Assembly (NCBI RefSeq): GCF_001194135.2
Contig: NC_068989.1
Coordinates: 27,474,233 to 27,538,232, forward strand
DNA from: Octopus bimaculoides
Lineage: Eukaryota
Reading direction: 5' to 3'
DNA: 64,000 nucleotides
Below the pieces are notes generated by a model that did no database searches, was not told where the DNA came from, and saw only the letters and a list, made by a program, of their open reading frames with translations. Position 1 is the first letter of the stretch; every line of letters starts with the position of its first letter. A program made the translations under genes and the position numbers. Below are positions 14,246-25,663 of the stretch, one piece after another.

Positions 14246-15184
14246 GAAATCGTTCGGTCCTCCTCCTCGCTATTTAATGACACTTCTATTGCTCATATTA
14301 GGTGAGAATAATAGTAGGCATAGTGACGGTGAAGGCGGTGGTGAAGACAGACAGAGAGAGAAAGAAAAAGAGAGGGAGAGAAAGAGGGACAAAGTAATTT
14401 AGGGAGTGTTGATGATGTTTTATTAAAAGTAGTGGTGTTGATGGTGGCAGTGGGTGTAATAATAAGAGAGAGAAAGAGTGGGTATGTGAGAGAAAGAAGG
14501 ACTGAACACTGAACTGACATTATATTCTTTTACGCACACATTTATCCTTTTGATGATAATGGGGTGATGATAGTATAAGCTGTAGTTGGGATAGAGGCAG
14601 TGGTAGCCGAGGCGGTCAGGGATGCCAGTGAGAGGAAGGGATGTGAAATACAGTGGTGATGATGAAGGAGGGGAAGTCAAAGGTAGATGATGATGATGGT
14701 GTCAGATGTCTGAAAGGTGTTTGTATTGCAGATGTGGTGGCGATGGTGGTAGTACTGTTGTTTCTCATGCAGCTTTGCAATAAGTTCCAAGTCGACAAAT
14801 CATATCATTGTTTTGACAAAAATTGTTCAATGCTTGAAAAATATTGTTCAACTTTAAATAAAATTTAATATGTAGTCAATGCATGAAGTGCCATTTTGGG
14901 GCCCAATATCTAATGAAGAGCCCTCTGCATAAGCTACCTTAAATGCCGTCCGCTAGGGCGACTTTATATATATACATTGAGTCATCCCGTAAATAATGCA
15001 GGTTATTTACACTTATTTGTAAAAATCAAGATGAACAAACTTCTTTTTGAATGTCATTTATACTCTCCTTCATTTTCTGCAATGCTTTTTCATCTATCTG
15101 ATAGACTTGCAAGACAAGTCGTCCAAACGTCACTTGTCCCTGAGGAAAAATTCACTCCATAAAATTCACTCTATAATTGCCCAC

Positions 15185-15243
15185 GAGCATATGGCGTAGT
15201 GAGCTACTAACCCGAAGATTCCCAATTCGATTTCAGGCAGTGA

Positions 15244-15332
<89 letters not shown>
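15185..15332 (+). mobile_element. tRNA-like SINE head fused directly to (AAT)n
   Basis: gagcatatggcgtagtg (A-box-like) ...ctactaacccgaagattcccaattcgatttc (B-box-like) aggcagtgacctg, then about 28 AAT units; too deleted to fold as a tRNA. Confidence 0.55.
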
Positions 15333-16244
15333 GTTTACGTTTGGTTTCTGAAATTTTGAATTTTCAATCAACTTCAATCGACTCCAACCCCAAAAAATTC
15401 TGCCAAGAACTTGGCAAAGATATTTCTGGGGCTAAAGTTAACCTTTGTAGCACTCAGAATGCATATCGAGGAAGAATCTTAATATTCGTTACGATATTCA
15501 GAGGACGGGTTTCCATGTAGTTTTCGTCTACTCAGTTTCCTCATTAAGGCTTGTGCCAAAGCAGAAGCTATGATAAACAAGTATTTGTCCGAGATGCCAT
15601 GCAATGCGAATAAAACTGGAAGTCATGACAGCTATGCTTTCATGAAATATGGCGACTGTTGCTTTAATATAACTGATTGCTTCAATATTATTCCCTGAGA
15701 AGATCTCCTTCTTTTCTTTTATAGAGATATTAAAATTTCTGCTGCAACATTTACATAATGAACTTCTAAAATATAACAAGATTACTTTCTGCTAATGTAC
15801 CAATTACACTGTAGGACCAAAACCAGTCATTATATCTATAAAATTTATAGAATTTCTTATCGAAGTTATTTTAGTAAATATCGTGTGGCATTAAGACGTT
15901 GTCGTTATTATGGAGGCAATTCCCTTATTACAAGTACAATACAAATATAACGAAATTTATAATATTCTTGTTTCAATCGTTTGTCATATCCTTATAGAAA
16001 GAAGGCCAAATGTGTTTTGATAAATTCTTTACAACGAATATTTCAGCCGATATGTTTGTTTTAGTCTTTATTCATTATTATATTTTATTGCAAAAGCAAA
16101 CAAAAATTATTTTCAAGACACTAGACCTGTTAAATCTGAAAACAGACGATATAGAAAATCTGCAATATTGATTATAGCACATACCATTTGACATTTAACA
16201 GTCCCGTCATATTGGATTCAAATTTTGCCATAAGGTCAGAAATT

Positions 16245-16425
16245 TCGGGGATTGCGATACGTCGATTATATCAACCTATGTGCTTAACTGGTAGTTATTT
16301 ATCGACCCCGAAAAGAATGAAAGGCAAAGTCGAGACCAAGGCGGCATTTACTCAAAAAGTAAAGATGGACGAAAAGTTGCTAAGCATTTTGTCCGGCGGG
16401 CTAACGATTCGGCCAGCTCACGGCC
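16245..16425 (-). mobile_element. Diverged SINE family A copy
   Basis: atttatcgaccccgaaaagaatgaaaggcaaagtcga...ggccagctc aligns with 4821-5037. Confidence 0.75.
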
Positions 16426-16676
16426 TTTCATTTCTGTGATATTAACAGTATATGTTTGTTTTGTATTCTAATTATGAATACCACGGCTATCAAATTTGCT
16501 TTTTCCTCATTTCCTTTCGATAAAGAAAGGTACCAGTCAATTACTGAGGTCAACTGTATCGGCTAAATACTTTGAAAAAAATTCTTACTATTATTGTTCT
16601 TTTTGTTGTTTTTGTTGTTGTTAATCGCGTTACATTTCTCTCCTCCAATTCTTCTCTTTCTTTTTTCATCTTCTAC

Positions 16677-16728
<52 letters not shown>
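16677..16728. repeat. (TTA)n microsatellite
   Basis: Direct inspection. Confidence 0.95.
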
Positions 16729-16729
<1 letters not shown>

Positions 16730-18042
16730 GGATTTCATTTGTAATGTGACAAGACGTGTTTCAACATTCTTTTGTATCGCGATTGCTTTTCGAGATTTTT
16801 TCTCATTGGATAAATTTGCCTGAATCAGTTCGATTGGATTGTTTCAAAGAAAGCGGGCAGCTTTTGATTAAATTGTATTTCACGTAAAATGGGCAGAATA
16901 GTTTTTCTTTTTCTCTTTCGTCATGGTAGCTAATACTCAAAACGAAACAGCGCAAGACAAACAGTAAACAACTGATAGTCTTGACAGCTACTCAGAAACA
17001 CACACACTAACACAAAATTAAGATGAATATGGACAAAAATATCCTGTAATAAACCAAAGCAGCATTTTGAAACTGCAAATTAATGAAGTATTCATGTTTT
17101 TTTTTTTCATGTGAATGAGAGTAGTTTGATGATTCAATAGCATACAGCTTCGCAAAATGTGTATTCCAAAAAAAATATATATATCTTGCCCAGAAATTGA
17201 TATGTTAAACACTATCACTTTATCCGAGAAGTTACTTCAATTGAGAGCAGGAAGAAACTTATACTTCTTGCCTCCTGAAGAGAGTGATTTGAAAACGAAT
17301 CGAGGCGGCAAGCAGACATAATGAAAGATAAATCCTCCCACAAGCAAGTTCCATAGTACAATGACCATCATAAAATGAGCTACTCTCAGAGGTCTTGCCA
17401 GCAACATTGGATTATAATTCTTTGTCATTTATGCGTTGATATATGGGCGGTTGACATGTGAAGATGTGTCGAAGTACTATCACAAGTGGAGGGTCGATGT
17501 GAATTTGCTACCCAGGTAACTAATTATAATTACAAAACCAGTCCACAGTTGTTCCAGATTGTGTATGCAGAAACACGAACGATGGAACTAGTCGGTGATG
17601 CAAAAAAGAGAGTGTAAGTGATAATCTTGTGCAAGCAAACGCCTTTTGAGGGAGTTTCTATATACAAGTAGCCAGTAGCGCTGTGAAAGAAATAGAGTAA
17701 CTAACAGTATCGGAAACAACATCAAAACAGCTGATCGATGAGAGAGCAGTTCCGAAAGTACAACCAATCGGAGAGTATTAGAGTAACAAGTCAATTTGGA
17801 GGAACAGGGAAGTAGAGAAGAAGAGAACAGCAAGATAAAGATAACAAGCTTATAATATACGCGAAGAAATCACCTCTCCACAGGATGACATAAAGTTAAC
17901 CTTTTCTAACATTCAGCAACATGTACGTCAGGCTCAGGATTAATTGCCCAGAAAAGAGATTCAAATAAAAAATGTACGTAGTAAGGACAAAGGAGTGTTA
18001 CCCACTGGACTTTGAATGAATCCCTTTCAAAATGGGCAGTAC

Positions 18043-18135
<93 letters not shown>

Positions 18136-21128
18136 CAGAGAGAAAGATAGAGAGAAAGAATAGCAAGCAAAATGTAAGAGGCAGCATTGAAGGAGCATAA
18201 ATGAAAAAAATTATGTGCGACTTTTGTACGGAAATTACAGGGAAGATCGGAGGAAAAAGTTGATCGCTAAGAAAAATGCTACGAAGAACTTAAATTAAGC
18301 CTTACCCAAGAAACAAGCATCCTTATTCACTTCCTTGACATTAAAAATGTCGCAGATATCGCAGATATTTTGGGAACGTGATGTTACGTGACACACAAAG
18401 CAAATTGAGAGAATTTCTGGATTATTGTTGCGGAAAACAGATTAACTCCAGGTGAAGATTTCTGAAATAAAAGGCACAATTAAGTAAGCCAGATTAATAT
18501 GATTTAAAGTAGTCACTAAGACAAAGATCAATGTTCCTGTGTGTGTATCTGAGTGTGTGTCTGTGTGTGTATCTGTGTGTATATAAGTAAGAACATATGC
18601 ACAATTGAAACATTAAACTATAAACGCCATTTTCATAAACGCCAACGTGTATACAACACAGAGAGGCCCGAGGCTGTACATTTTACTCCAGTGGAAATCT
18701 CTTCATGGACTTGTTAAAATTATAATATAACTCGAAATGAGATGAACACAATTCCAGCAAACTACGCAAAAGCCAGACGCTTTTCCCATTTCTTGGAACT
18801 TGTCAATAACGTGTATCCTGCAGTCATATATCGCAAGCAACAGATTTCGTCTATTATATGAACGCAGACTACACATCATTGCTAAATCTTAAAGAAGGGC
18901 AAATAACTGCTGGTGTTCCTTCGGGCTGCTTCGTGTGTTTGTTCATCTCGCTCCAAAATATATTGTATTTTTATTATATCGTTTCCAAGAAATAATTTAC
19001 ACTGAAACAAAGCGTCAGACTTATGCCTTTCAATGGTGTACATACATTAAGTATGATGTTGCACACACACACACATGCATATATGTGTGTGCATGTGTGC
19101 GTGTTTCTGCATTATACGTCATATTAGGAATAAGAGCTTCATCGAAATTAGAATATTAACCAGTGTTGCAAATATATATTTATTCAGTATTTCAATAACT
19201 TAAGTGCTTTCATTATCACTGGGATGTTACAGCTGCATCTGAATATTAAAAGGAAACGATTCATATTTAAAAAAACATATGTAGCGAATTCTCTTTATAT
19301 TGCTTTTGAATACCTATTATACATCAATGATCTAATAAGTGTTTAAAAACAACTAATATTTGGCACATTAAAAAATATAAATTTCATTTTTTTTATTTTT
19401 CTCTGTATGGGCCGTATTGATAGAACTACTTTCGGATAGTTTGATGTATCGTGACCTTATAATACCTGACTTATGAACGTTTTTGTTGAGTTCAAATATA
19501 GAGCATTTATCAATCCATAAATCTATATCTCTATGGAATCTGGCAGTTCGTTAAGAGATGAAATATTCGTTTTACTTGTAATAATATTAAGTTATCCATT
19601 TAAAACAAACTTTTTATCTTCTAGTTTTTGTGAAGTATAAATCGTTACATTTTACGTTCTATTTATATTAATTACACATATCAATGCAGTAGATGATATT
19701 TCATTTTTTCAGCCTTTATCACAGTTTTTTAGTATCTATGATATGTACTTTGCCCAAATTATCAAAACATCTTTCACAGATCCATGTATGCAATGGTTTA
19801 TGTAAAAATGTTTTAGTATTCAAAGAATGAAGATTATAAGATGGGATTGTTGTATTGAAGTTCTGTTTTTATTTTTCTTTCTAAATAAATTATGTATATT
19901 TCTACTACAGTGCTTATTCATTTGTCTGTCTCTAAATAACATTTTATCAATAGAAAGTATAAAGTATGATATTTAACTGTAAATCTTGAGTAGAGAATAT
20001 ATATTCACAACTAACCATTGATATATAGTCTCGCAGAGAGCATTTTGGTCATTATGAAATGACGAACTTGATATGGACTTATAGCATATGTAATTTAACC
20101 ACTTTGTTAACTTGAGTAGCTATATATGATATTATAAAAGAATGGTCATAATTTTGTTGCCCGTATCTCTCCCGAACTGTTGTAATATTTTCTACTCATC
20201 TTTATTTTATCATATTATAACGTACGGTTAAGTTCTATACTAATTCTTGTAGGTATGAGTCAGTTATAAGATTTTGAACGCCGTATTAAATTGAATAGCC
20301 TGGTATTTTATCTGCATCGCTTTCGACGAATCTACTTTCATCGTACATCGTTTAATTCCCTGCTAGCTACCTGCTAAATAACCTGTACTATGACAATGGT
20401 TAATCTGCAATGTTCGTAATTGCTAAATGTATTTGATGACAATCTCAAAATCATAATTACTGAAGCCATACACTCATTATCATGAAGTAACCTTTTCGGA
20501 GTGTTCGCGCCAATTCCATGTGTTCCTATTTAATGCTTTGCTTTTATATACCTCCTTTATTTTCATATTTTTGATGGAATACCTTAACTCATTACGGTTA
20601 AGGTATTCTATTGCCGGAGTTCTGTTGTTTTGTCTCATTTCTATTTTCCATATAAAACATGAACACGCGTTATATAAAAATTATATTTTTATTGATAATT
20701 GTTTGGCAAATTTTAATATTGATATCTATTGAGTTATTCATCACCAGAATTTTAAAAATACGCTACTTCATATTTCAACATGCATAAAAGAAATTTAATG
20801 ATCAAACATGTTTAGCTTTTTCCCAATTGCAATTAGATATATGCCATCAATTTGTCCACAGTAAAGTTTGGAAGTTGTTTATGAATATCTTCTGGCTCTA
20901 ATTTTGCTCAACATCACTTGGAAACATTGTCAAGCACTTTTTATATTTAACCTATCTTTCATCGGGAAAATTTCAATCAACCCAGTAAGTTCCATATCAA
21001 TAGTGCTGGTAACGACGATACCAGGCATGCCGGAAAGAAATATTTAATCTTGTAGTTTGCTATCACCCCCAAGAAAATCTTTTGAAATCATGTATCAAAA
21101 ATTTGGTATGAAAGCTAGTATTGTATAT

Positions 21129-21275
21129 TGTTGTGGCGGAAGCACTTAGGTGACAAGTGGGCTGGCTCACTACTAATAAATAGTGGACTGACTCAGTCAG
21201 TAAGGTCAATCGGCGAAAATATGCCATTCGGACCAGTCCCGCAGAGACAACGAAGTACGTCGTTATAATGGGACA
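21129..21275 (+). repeat. 5' LTR (147 bp)
   Basis: tgttgtggcg...ataatgggaca; about 85% identical by hand count to the split 3' LTR. Confidence 0.85.
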
Positions 21276-21281
21276 TATGAG

Positions 21282-21294
21282 TGGCAACGAGGAT
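21282..21294 (+). promoter_or_regulatory. Primer-binding site complementary to the tRNA-Ser(GCT) 3' end
   Basis: TGGCAACGAGGAT, 6 nt after the 5' LTR; 12/13 match to TGGCGACGAGGAT, the reverse complement of ATCCTCGTCG-CCA of metazoan tRNA-Ser(GCT). Confidence 0.75.
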
Positions 21295-21747
21295 TCGTGG
21301 CTCATGTAGTAAAAAATGATTTTGAAGAAAAAAATCGCAGTGAAAAATGTTAGAAATTCCGGAGTAGGATTTCAACTAACACAGAAATACACAGTGAAAA
21401 ATATATAAGTTTTGAAAACATCAAAGGGTTGATAAAACTGGAACTCTAACACAGAACTGAACTACGCACATTGAAAAATAATATAGGTCCGTTTGAAGGA
21501 TTTTATTCAGGTCGCTATGCGTTAGTAGCGCTACCAGTAATAATGTAAGACTTGGTACTACCTGCGGCATTTTGAAACTAAAACTATGGTTTTGTGTGGA
21601 GCAAAAAAATAATAATAACCATAATATGTCCGTCCGAATGATTTATAAGTCAGGTCGCTATATGTAGTAGCGTTACCAGTAATAAAGTAAGACTTGGTCC
21701 TACCTGCGGTATTTTGAAAAAAGATACTTTTGTGTAGAACAAAAATG

Positions 21748-21811
<64 letters not shown>

Positions 21812-21847
21812 TAATAATAATAATAATAATAATAATGATAATAATAA
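21748..21847. repeat. (AAT)n microsatellite within the LTR element interior
   Basis: Direct inspection. Confidence 0.95.
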
Positions 21848-22279
21848 GTCCGGGCGAAGTATTTAATAATTCTATGCGGAACGAAAAATAACTCTGGTTA
21901 GAACTAAAAATTAAAAACAATTAACGATAGATTTAAAGCCAGTCACACCAGAAGGTTTCAAACGTAAGCAGATATCATCTGTTGAAATTGAAAACGAACC
22001 AGTTGCTAAGAAAGTTAAAATGGACAAAGAAAACGATTGAGGATAGTAAACAAGTCCTCCTTGAAAAAACTTCAGATGAAATGTCGATGGAAATGACTAG
22101 TAAAGAACATGTAACAAATTCTGAAATTAGAGAATCTAAGCTATCTGTTTAAGGAAAAGGTCCTACTGAAAATGCGTCGCTGAGGAATCGTTTTAATGCA
22201 AAGGATAATAAGATAATGAAAGTTTACAGATAACCGATAGTTTCTGTTGAGAAAAGTGTAAGGAAAGGAAAAGTAGAAA

Positions 22280-22325
<46 letters not shown>

Positions 22326-22555
22326 TTATGAGAGGTAATGGTGCCAGTAAGACCCAAAGGTTTCAGGTAATATAACTGTCTATAGCTGAGTAAGTGCTAT
22401 AGATAGCCCATAGTTAAACTCCACGTTCGGTGATTATGCGAATAAGGAGTCCAACGTAGGTCATATATCACCGTGTGTATATATAAAGTTTCTTTTTTTC
22501 AGAATGAGATAAAAAACCAAGGCTGTGAAGATTTTAAAACATTTATAAATAGAAG

Positions 22556-22599
22556 GTCTTACAGCTCCAGGATATTTATTATAGCCTTTCATCGGAGAC
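22556..22599 (-). ncRNA. Decayed type I hammerhead-like motif (PLE-type), probably inactive
   Basis: Minus strand gtct-CCGATGA-aagg...cct-gga-gctgTA-agac: stem I gtct/agac and stem II agg/cct are present, but U4 is mutated and GAAAC is eroded. Confidence 0.35.
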
Positions 22600-22775
22600 G
22601 GTGTTAGTAGATGGTTAAGCAATAGTTAATTTAGATAAGATACGAGATAGAGAGTAAAGTGGGGGAATGAAAATAGATGTGAGATATGCAGGGATATTGC
22701 ATTTGTAGATCCATTATTTAAGCAGAATGGTATACATATAAGATTACATATAAGATTATATGTTGGAAAAATCTC

Positions 22776-22786
22776 AAAGGGGGAGG
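22776..22786 (+). promoter_or_regulatory. Polypurine tract
   Basis: AAAGGGGGAGG immediately before the TG of the 3' LTR at 22787. Confidence 0.85.
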
Positions 22787-22875
22787 TGTTGTGGCGACGC
22801 CCTCAGGTGAGAAGTGGGCTGGTCCACTACTAATAAATAGTGGATTGACACACACAGTAAGGTCAATCGGTGAAG

Positions 22876-24709
22876 CTTTTCTTTCTGGTTGTGGCAGTGT
22901 TTTTGAAATCTTTACGATTCCGTTGAAGTAAGTGTGCTTTTGTTATAATTCTTAAAGGTCTCCCCTCGTGTGTGTACAAAGTTTTGTTCCATGTTGAAAT
23001 TGCTGTTTTTGCTAACGAGTTTTTGTTGAATAGTGTTTCTTCTTCCCATTTATGGGAGAACCGGCGAAAAGAAGTATAAGGGAAACCGAGCATCAAATAG
23101 CCACAGTTATGTGGCTGCAACTGGCAGAGGCATAGAAGTAGAAGTTTTGGAAGTTTGAGATGTTAAAATTGAACCAAGAAAGCTGAAAGGAAGCAGCAAG
23201 CTTTTGGAAAATAAGACCACAACCTTAAATTAAAGCTCCCAGTTGACTTAACAAATGGATTTAAGAAAGGGGCAGTGATATGCAAAACACTGAAAATATC
23301 GACAAGGAAAATTGAAATTGCTACGATAGAAGACATTGAGAAGTGTTTAAAAGAGGTCAAAAAGTCACCACGTTTATGACAAGAGGAAGAAGATATGGCA
23401 TAGTGGAGGTGCAATTCGCAAGCTAAGAAGAAACGATAAAGCGCTCCACTGATGCCATAAATACAAAAGAATAGGTGCTCCTACCAACATACTGTGACAA
23501 GCGAGTTCTCAGAGTAAAGGTGGGAAAATTGCCACCAGATTTGGATGAAACATGGCCCGTCACTGCAGTCATATAAATATGGAGGAGGATGCAAAGATCC
23601 TGAGAGTAGCAAGAACGAAAAGAGTCAACTGGTGGCGATACGGAATCGAGATGACAGTCCAAACAACTATGAGTGACATGAATAAGATTCCAGAAGCAAT
23701 AATATTACCCGAAGATATGAGATTGAGAGTGGCGAGAAAGGCCACATGATTGTGTGGCGAGAAAGGCCACATAAAGGCGAGGTGCCCCCCATAAAGAAGA
23801 GAAAGAGTAAAAATGGAACAGTAGGAGGAACAGGAGAAAGTGAACGATGTAATCCAGGAAGACGAAAAGGAGACAACAGGAATAGAGGAGGAATTTGAAG
23901 AGGTGAAAAAACGAAAAAGGAAAGAAAGAATGGGCTCTCCGCCAGAGAGACAGAAAAAGAGAAAAGGAAGCAGAAAGAGGTGGAGAAGGAAGTCGCGAAA
24001 GTGGTTGAAAAGGAGGTCGCCTAAGAGGTAGAAAAGGAGGTTGAGAAGAAGGTTATGGAGGAGAACGAGATAGAAGCAAGAATACTAGAGAACCTTTTTT
24101 GCACAGCAAAGAGAAGAAACAGCGATACTAACTAGAATGGAGGAGGTGGCGGCAAGAGTGGAACATGACAAACGAGCAACACGACAAATAAAATATAGTT
24201 GGAATTTCGTGACATATACTAAACGCATATATACCGAAAGAGTGATGACCAAACTCAAATCCGTTATAAGGGTTAGGTTGCCCAAGGTGATGTACGGTGA
24301 AAACCTAAAAGTTATCTTAATCGATAAAGAATATATAAAAAGTTAAAGGAAAAGCTTTGAATTGAGCAGCCGGGTTTCAAGGTGGAGTTCGATGAACTGC
24401 CGCCAGTAGTAGAACGATATTAATAAAAGAGAGTAAAATGATTCAAAACAAAAAAGGAAAAAGAGTAAATAAAATGATGCTAATAATGATAAAATAGGGC
24501 AAAAAGAAAAAGATTACGAACTGAAAGTAAGAACGTTCAAATGGTATTGCATGTGAGTGGGGCGCATGCAGCCATTTCATCACCACCCATCTCATTGTAT
24601 ATTTTTCCATTTTTCTTTCGTTTTATGTTATTTGTCCCCACTGTGGTGTTATGTCTGTCCTTGTGCTGTCCCTTCTGTGTTACAGCCTGAGTGCTCTATA
24701 AAAGAGATA
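22876..24709 (+). mobile_element. Tx1/L1-like non-LTR element carrying only 5' UTR, ORF1 and 3' end (no RT), with 12-bp TSD
   Basis: Flanked by caatcggtgaag (22864-22875) and caatcggcgaag (24710-24721); interrupts the 3' LTR exactly where the 5' LTR has one caatcggcgaa; contains a decayed ORF1. Confidence 0.8.
23150..24350 (+). pseudogene. Decayed Tx1/L1-like ORF1 (gag-like) with degenerate zinc knuckle and E/K-rich C-terminus
   Basis: TFMTRGRRYGIVEVQFAS*EE...VLLPTYCDKRVLRVKVGKLPPDLDETW, NMEEDAKILRV...LPEDMRLRV, then *LCGEKGHIKARCP at about 23747-23785; homologous to the ORF1 at 32835-33218. Confidence 0.72.
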
Positions 24710-25355
24710 CAATCGGCGAAGGTACCCCGTTCGGACCAGTCACTCAGAGACGACGAAATACGTCGTCATAATAGGACATATGTAGATCAGGAAGAATTGA
24801 AATAAAATCAGGTACATAGTTGGTCAAGTCTCAACTTAGAGATTTCTCCAGCATAGATGAACAATCGACAGACCGGTCCGGGGTGATATATCTATCAACC
24901 CAGGCGAAATTTCATCTTAAAATGCAACGATCGCGAATAGAGAAATCTATAAATTCCAATGGTCTAATTATTCCGGCTCTGCATCTAAAACATGCTTCAC
25001 GTTCTAGTGTTTTTGCATTTAGAAATATTCTAACATTAAAAGGTTATTATTAAAATTAGAATGATGAATAAATACAATTTTGGTTTGTGCTGTATTTCAT
25101 AGATTTTTTTCATCAGAAAATTTTCCATTCTCGGCAATACTTGTAACCATCAGAATGAATTGTATACTAATATAGTTTAATGCAAGCATAAATCTCTGTT
25201 ACGATGATGATAAACATGAAATCGCTCGCGTTTTTATTATTTTAATATAAATGTATATGATTTTTTCTGTCGTTTCCCTTTTACTTCGGAGATGTATTTA
25301 ACTACAACTGTTTCCTGGGATTAGAAGTACTTCACTCAGAGATAGCTGATAATGT

Positions 25356-25431
<76 letters not shown>

Positions 25432-25579
25432 ACGTACACATACATATATATATATATATACGTGTGTGTGTGTATGTGTATATATGTATTTGTGTATGTG
25501 TGATCTTTATACAATCATATTTGATTCATTTATATTCTCATATGAAGCTGCGTAATACATCACGCTATCCTCATATAAA

Positions 25580-25663
<84 letters not shown>

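Larger units (their letters stand above)
21129..24778 (+). mobile_element. Miniature non-autonomous LTR retroelement (TRIM-like, Gypsy/Mag-type signals) with a nested LINE in its 3' LTR
   Basis: TG...CA LTRs at 21129-21275 and 22787-24778 (146 bp once the nested insert is removed); PBS and PPT in the expected positions; flanks tatat/tatgt give a 4/5 TSD match; no pol motifs in the ~1.5-kb interior. Confidence 0.82.

Noticed and set aside
14293-14868. Several short ORFs in a GA/GAT/GGT-rich stretch
   Set aside because: Low-complexity simple-repeat decay with no recognisable domain.
21129-24778. Reading the X-Y / X...Y repeat pattern as DIRS/Ngaro split direct repeats or a ribozyme
   Set aside because: The PBS, PPT, TG..CA ends and the 12-bp TSD explain it fully as two LTRs plus a nested insertion; there is no tyrosine recombinase or ribozyme core.
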